Source: Octopus bimaculoides | Lineage: Eukaryota | NCBI RefSeq assembly: GCF_001194135.2 | Contig: NC_068990.1 | Coordinates: 49,213,556 to 49,254,156 of the forward strand | Length of the DNA stretch: 40,601 bases | Reading direction: 5' to 3' | In this document: piece after piece, positions 34,770 through 40,601 of the stretch | How positions within the stretch are numbered: the first letter of the stretch is position 1 | How the letters are laid out: the number at the start of each line of letters is the position of its first letter | Position numbers and translations under genes: made by a program | Notes under the pieces: generated by a model | What the model saw: only the letters and a program-made list of their open reading frames with translations | Database searches by the model: none | What the model was told of the DNA's origin: nothing

Positions 34770-37700
34770 TGTGGGATGACATCAGCAGCTGGGGAGCTGA
34801 CCGGAAGAGGAAGGGCGCACAGGTGATGTGTGCACAGGTGGGGACAATTGCGCCCTTTATGATTGGGGAAACCGCGAGTGCTTGACGTGTGAGCACTTCG
34901 ACAAGGTGAGGGATAGCAGCTNNNNNNNNNNNNNNNNNNNNNNNNNNNNNNNNNNNNNNNNNNNNNNNNNNNNNNNNNNNNNNNNNNNNNNNNNNNNNNN
35001 NNNNNNNNNNNNNNNNNNNNNNNNNNNNNNNNNNNNNNNNNNNNNNNNNNNNNNNNNNNNNNNNNNNNNNNNNNNNNNNNNNNNNNNNNNNNNNNNNNNN
35101 NNNNNNNNNNNNNNNNNNNNNNNNNNNNNNNNNNNNNNNNNNNNNNNNNNNNNNNNNNNNNNNNNNNNNNNNNNNNNNNNNNNNNNNNNNNNNNNNNNNN
35201 NNNNNNNNNNNNNNNNNNNNNNNNNNNNNNNNNNNNNNNNNNNNNNNNNNNNNNNNNNNNNNNNNNNNNNNNNNNNNNNNNNNNNNNNNNNNNNNNNNNN
35301 NNNNNNNNNNNNNNNNNNNNNNNNNNNNNNNNNNNNNNNNNNNNNNNNNNNNNNNNNNNNNNNNNNNNNNNNNNNNNNNNNNNNNNNNNNNNNNNNNNNN
35401 NNNNNNNNNNNNNNNNNNNNNNNNNNNNNNNNNNNNNNNNNNNNNNNNNNNNNNNNNNNNNNNNNNNNNNNNNNNNNNNNNNNNNNNNNNNNNNNNNNNN
35501 NNNNNNNNNNNNNNNNNNNNNNNNNNNNNNNNNNNNNNNNNNNNNNNNNNNNNNNNNNNNNNNNNNNNNNNNNNNNNNNNNNNNNNNNNNNNNNNNNNNN
35601 NNNNNNNNNNNNNNNNNNNNNNNNNNNNNNNNNNNNNNNNNNNNNNAAGAGGGACGACAGCTGGAGAAAGACGCGAAGAAGCCTACCATGCAACGATAGC
35701 AGCCGTTCTCAGACCAATGTTTTAAATATCAGGGATCGCACATGGCGAGGGAGTGTACGCAATTGGGGCCCATCTGCTATCGATGCAGGCAGACAGGGCA
35801 CATCACCCATGATTGCGATCTGGGAAACGACTGTGTGGAAGTTGTTGCCTCTCGAACTTTCCCAGCAAATGAGTAGAGGCGCTTTTGGAGACACTGCCTG
35901 TAATTGATGTCGAGGCCGAGGGGAAGACGTTCAAGGCCCTCGTGGATACAGGTTGCACAACCACCCCTGTGACTCCAAGGGTGACAAAGAAATGGAATGG
36001 GGCAAGTAGCGTCCAGGCGGTCGACGGCAGTGAAATCCGAGGCAAAGGCAGCAGCAATGTAGAGATAGTGGTGTGAGGCGCGACGCTAAGAATGCAGGTA
36101 ATTGTGATTGAACACATGATAGACGGGGTTGATGTGGTGATAGGGATGGATGCAATCAACCGCCTTGGTGGTGTTAGTATTGGAGGGGATGAGGTCACGT
36201 TCAGAAGCGTGGGGGTGTTGTGCGCTGTGAGTCAGGATTGCCAGAGAGAGCAGAGCTCCGCGAAGAACTGCGCCGCTTACACCATTGAGTACAAGGATTT
36301 TCAGGCGGTGTTCGATGGTCAGCGGTGGCCGATAGAGTGGCAATGGAAAGACGAGCCCCGATGCTGAAGAACAAGGTGAGCTACTACTAATGTACCCTGA
36401 AAGGTCACAAGGGTCGAGTTCAAAGACGAGGTAGAGGGATGGATCAAGGAAGGAGTCCTTGTCCCATGGAAGGAGGAGGTGGTAAGCAGAGTTTTACCTC
36501 TGACGGTGGTGGTGCAGCTGACGAAGGGAAAAGTCAGACCGGTGCTGGATTTTAGAGAACTGAACGAGCATATATCATGCCACACGGGAGGCGAGGCAAC
36601 AGACGTTTGCGGCGAGACATTACATGTGTGTAGACACTCGGCCAAGGCAGCAATGATTGTCGATTTGAAGTCAGCATATTTACAGCTCCATGTGAGTGAC
36701 AAACTGTGGTGATATCAGCTGGTGCAGTAAGGGCCAGACGTACTGTTTAACCAGGCTAGGTTTTGGACTGAATTCTGCTCCGAAGATCATGGTGATGGTG
36801 CTTAAGTTCGTCCTAGGGAAAGCGGACAAGATAAGAAAGGCCACCAGTTCCTACATAGACGACATTTTGGTGGACAAGACTGTAGTACCAGCCAACAAGG
36901 TAGTGAGACATCTGGAAAAGTTCGGGCTGATTGTGAAGCTACCGGAGTCGATGGCAATGGGAGCTGCACTGGGGCTGAAGCTATGGAGAGATAGATCGGG
37001 TGAGTTGGTGTTCTGGAGAGGAAATGAAATCCCAGAGCTGAGTTCCAGTGTCAGCAGGAGAGAGCTGTTCTCAGTGTGTGGGAAGTTGGTCGGTCACTAT
37101 CCGATTGCTTGATAGCTGCGCACAGCATGCAGTTACACCAAGAGACAAGTGGAGGAGGAGAGTTGGGGTCACGAGCTGAGAGAGAGGATGGTAGCGATGA
37201 TGTGGGAAATCCTAGAGAGGACGAGAGCGGAAGACTCAGTCGGGGGGAAGACCCAGTCGGGGGGAACTGGTATGTGCCCAAGACGGAATGCGGGACCGTT
37301 TGGTGTGATGCTAGTAGTATAGCGATAGGGGTTGTGTTGGAGATCAAAGGCGCTGAAGTGGAGGACGCAACCTGGCTTCAGAAAGCAAACAACTTTAACC
37401 ACATCAATGTCTCTGAATTAGATGTGGTGCTGAAGGGGGTGAACTTGGCCCTGAAATGGGGGCTGCACTCAATCAAAATCCAGATGGATTCGGCCACTGT
37501 GCTCGGCTGGGTAGGATCGGTGATCACCGGTGAGAGGAGAGTTCGAACGAAAGGTGCCACAGAGATGTTGGTGAAGTGCTGCCTAGGAGTTCTAGGAGAG
37601 CTGATTGCAGAGTTCGGACTGAAGTTGAACGTGGTTTTCATGCCTCTGGAGAGAAACAGGGCAGATGCACTGACCAGGGTGAACAGGGCGTGGTTGGAGG

Positions 37701-38929
37701 AGCCAGAGGAAGCAAAGAAAGGGATAGCTGCGGTGTGTCGGCTGGATGACTCTGAACTGAAGAGACTACATGCTATGCATCACTTGGGGGTGGATAGGAC
37801 CATGTATCTCGCGAAGGTGATTGATGTTGATGTCACTAGGAGAAGCATCTAGAAAGTGGTCAGGAGCTGTGACAGGTGCCAGTCCATTGACCCTGCTCCA
37901 TGTGGGCATGAGCAAGGACACCTTTTGGTGGAGAACAACTGAAAGAGACTAGCTGTGGATGTGATGCACTACCATCAGGGAATGTATCTCTCCATGGTCG
38001 ATCGTAGGCTGGGCTGGATGCCATTTGGAGGGAGTTGAGGATGGGCATTGCTGATGAAATTGCGCAGATTTTGAACCGGATATTTTTAGAGAGAGATCCC
38101 GTGGAAGAACTGCTAATGGACAAGGGGGCGGCGTTTCATTCGGAAGCGTTGAGGGATATGCTCGACCGGTGGAAGGTGCGTTGCTTGTTCAGAGCAGCGT
38201 ATAGACCAAGCGGTAATGGAATAGTAGAGAGGCACCATCGGACAATCAAGGCCATAGCGGAAAGAGGGAACATTTCACTGCTGGAGGCAGTTTTCTAGTA
38301 CAACATGTCTCCCCGATCCAGACAAGCTGAAGAATCTGTGCCACACAGCAGTATTTAAATACAGTAAAATACCGGAGTGCTATGAGGAAGAGAAGGAACT
38401 CGCCTGCATGAAAATAGGGAGGAAGTCTGGGTTAAACCACCGAAGGTACACTGTACATCTCAATGGAGCAGAGGAACAGTGATGGTGATCAATTTCAGAA
38501 ACGTCTCCGTGGATGGAATGCTGCAACACGTTTTGGACCTTCGCAAGATTGTTACTTCGTCAGATGACGATTGTGGAGAGGAGAACGAGGTGCCTAGCTT
38601 GAGGAGATATCGATGCGCAAGGCGCCTGCTTGGTTGGATGGTGGACTTCGACATGGAGTAGTGGGGGGTGGGATCTTTAAGATCAGGGTGGCATGTAGGA
38701 TGACGTCAGTGGCTGGGGAGCTGACCGGAAAAGAAAGGGCGTGCAGGTGACGCACGCACAGGCGGAGGACAATTGAGCCCTTTTCAATCAAGGAAGCCAT
38801 GAGTGCGGGATATGTGCTATTTTTAGTGTTTTGGGACGGGCTACGTGGAAGGGTATGTTACCACCGGAAAGGTCTGCGTCAACGAAGAGAAGGTAGGTGT
38901 CTTACTTCTAATCTCTCGCATTCACCACA
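34770..38929 (+). mobile_element. Ty3/Gypsy LTR retrotransposon, decayed, part of gag in a gap
   Basis: TGT...ACA ends; perfect TSD GAGAA (34765-69 / 38930-34); 3' LTR 38694-38929. Knuckle CYRCRQTGHITHDC, protease ALVDTGC, RT VLDFRELN/DLKSAY/YIDDIL, RNase H WCDASS...N.ADALTR, integrase HHLGVDRT/LMDKGAAF/NGIVERHHRTIK. Confidence 0.95.
35715..38400 (+). pseudogene. Gypsy gag end and pol (PR-RT-RH-IN) with stops and frameshifts
   Basis: Domains are spread across ORFs 35885, 36092, 36479, 36696, 37076 and 38035 in the Gypsy order. Confidence 0.92.
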
Positions 38930-39214
38930 GAGAATATACAAATACTTAGAGACTCTCAAACTCCGGAACAAACTGCATCTAGGAGAGTATCAAATACTCT
39001 CACCAAGAGGAGAGAAAAGACATTAGAAACACCTGAACAACCTGAATCTAGGAGAGCTTCCAATGTAGCCAACATGAGAAGAGTAAGGGATTCAGAATCA
39101 CTAGAGCAATCAGAAACTAGGAGAGCTTCTAATGTTAGCTTAAAAGCTGCCCAATAGGGTGGCTTTTAAGCTAGTAGAGTATATATGTCAACAAATATTT
39201 CTTTTTAATTTTCG

Positions 39215-39420
39215 CACAAGGCCAGCAATTTTGATGGGAGGGTAAGTTGATTATACCAACTCCAGTGCGCAGCTGGTACATATTTGATCAACCTCAAAAG
39301 GACGAAAGGTAAAGTTGACCTTGGTGGAATTTTAACTTAGAAAGTATAGACTTGAAAGAAATGCTGTTAGGCATTTTATCTGACACACTAATGAAATTGC
39401 CAATTTGCTGCCTTATTTAT
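39215..39420 (-). mobile_element. Second SINE-like family copy
   Basis: ggtacatatttgatcaacc...gacgaaaggtaaagttgaccttggtggaattttaac. Confidence 0.6.
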
Positions 39421-39454
39421 GCCAACAAATATTGAAATCACAAGAAGATATATA

Positions 39455-39750
39455 TCAGGTCATCCCATAAGTTCTGTCTGAATTTTGAATAAAGAAAACA
39501 AGTGATCAAATGTTATATTTAATTGAAATTTAATCATCAATGTACTTTCCCTGATTATCTATGACTTGCTTCCATCTATTTACAAGCTTTTTAATCCCAT
39601 CAATGTAAAATACTTTGGGTTTCAAAGCAAAGAACTCTGAAATGTCAGTTTCGACCTCCTCCTGAATTGCGAAAGTTATGTCCCCCAAATGATTCTGTAA
39701 ACTACGAAACAAATGGTAATCTGAAGGAGCAAGGTCGGGAGAATAAGGTG
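39455..39750 (-). mobile_element. Mariner 3' fragment
   Basis: YSPDLAPSDYHLFRSLQNHL...FYIDGIKKLVNRWKQVIDNQGKY; TA-flanked terminal repeat tcaggtcatcccataagttctgtc. Confidence 0.85.
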
Positions 39751-39754
39751 GATG

Positions 39755-39995
39755 AGGAATACACCATTTCGAGCGCGGCCGTTGCCAGTACCACCTGACT
39801 GGCCTTCGTACCGGTGGAACGTAAAAGCACCCACTACACTCTCAGAGTGGTTGGTGTTAGGAAGGGCATCCAGCTGTAGAAACTCTGCCAAATCAGATTG
39901 GAGCCTGGCGTAGCCATCTGGTTTGCCAGTCCTCAGTCAAATCGTCCAACCCATGCCAGTATGGAAAGCAGACGTTAAACGATGATGATGATGTA
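39755..39995 (+). mobile_element. RTE 3' UTR/tail fragment, little diverged
   Basis: accatttcgagcgcggcc...gcatccagctgtagaaactctgcc...ggaaagcagacgttaaacgatgatgatgat. Confidence 0.85.
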
Positions 39996-40275
39996 TATAT
40001 ATATGTATGTATATATATATATATCAAAAATTTAAATGAGAGTTTTGACGCTAATATCCATTATTATTGAAGTTTATTACCTATGTCAACATTTCTGTAT
40101 AAGGTTATATTTAACTGTCAATTCAAGTTAAATAAGTAAATTACCTTACACATCCTCAGGGTCAAAAGTAAAAAGGAAACACCAAAAACATAATCTCTAA
40201 GTCTGATTCATATTCAAATTCCTCCTTAAATAAAAGTCCGTCTAAAGGAGAAAACCCTCATAATATTATTAATTA

Positions 40276-40601
40276 CTAGCAGTATAACCCGACCTTGTCC
40301 GGGTGTGACTTATTATGCCATCTACGATAAGTCTTGTTAGCTGAAAATCAACTAAAAAAGAAAGCCTTACAACGAAAAAACCCTTATGATGTAAATATGT
40401 TCATAATTCAAAAGACGATGAAATTAATAGGGAAAGTCTGAAAGCTGTTTTGCGTAAAATTATTACGCATACGTAAATTTCATCCGTGTAATTGGCTATA
40501 GAAATGCTTGTGCAAAACAACTTTTTGCGCTGCCCTGATTATACATAGCAGGGTAATCCCTTTTCACAGGAGCTAGGATGGCAATTTGTGATGAAGCAAT
40601 T
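40276..40601 (-). mobile_element. Helitron 3' terminus; element runs past the window end
   Basis: Minus strand: acccg-gacaaggt-cgggt hairpin, tatactg, CTAG|T at 40276. Same layout as the terminus at 25700. Confidence 0.7.

Larger units (their letters stand above)
34630..39157 (+). pseudogene. Split ORF join(34630..34769,38935..39157): 120-aa STPR-like 23-aa-repeat protein
   Basis: MPHKNKYLPTEDQIAIKRAKAAARKRKSSAN-ENPDQTAARRASNAENIQILRDS-QTPEQTASRRVSNTLTKRREKTL-ETPEQPESRRASNVANMRRVRDS-ESLEQSETRRASNVSLKAAQ*. In frame once the Gypsy and one TSD copy are removed. Confidence 0.8.
33401..39174 (+). mobile_element. Candidate non-autonomous Helitron hosting the STPR ORF and the Gypsy insertion
   Basis: 5'-like TCTAATATAATAAATGCGAA at 33401. 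3' hairpin ttaaaagctgccc-aata-gggtggcttttaa (39140-39169) then g-CTAG|T (39171-39174). Pairing these two ends is inferred. Confidence 0.55.

Noticed and set aside
34712-35907. Long 278-359 aa ORFs
   Set aside because: Almost entirely N-gap translated as X.
34771-38930. Gypsy spliced out as an intron to restore the STPR protein
   Set aside because: The only donor before the in-frame TGA (34777) is a weak GTGGGA in phase 0. Joined to the acceptor at 38931 it gives the wrong frame (RIYKYLETLK...).

Overview
Eukaryotic, AT-rich, repeat-saturated window with about 10 assembly gaps. The SINE, RTE, mariner and microsatellite content strongly suggests a coleoid cephalopod (Octopus-type) genome; this is inferred from repeat recognition, not from a search. 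No intact host gene can be supported, and nearly all listed ORFs are decayed transposon fragments or microsatellite noise. Contents: four RTE-clade LINE copies, tRNA-derived SINEs (some with an RTE-like tail), four Tc1/mariner relics, a Penelope GIY-YIG relic, two Ty3/Gypsy elements plus two LTR relics, several MITEs, and up to four Helitrons. Main observation: removing the Gypsy element at 34770-38929 at its perfect GAGAA target-site duplication rejoins 34630-34769 to 38935-39157. This gives a stop-free 120-aa ORF with four 23-aa STPR-like repeats ending in a Helitron-type hairpin+CTAG terminus, which the ORF track cannot show. Other notable items are a locally templated inverted duplication (16612-16831), a 122-bp perfectly identical tract in two otherwise diverged RTE copies, and a Gypsy derivative lacking RT/RNase H/integrase core. 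Coordinates are hand-counted; TE edges without a TSD are approximate.
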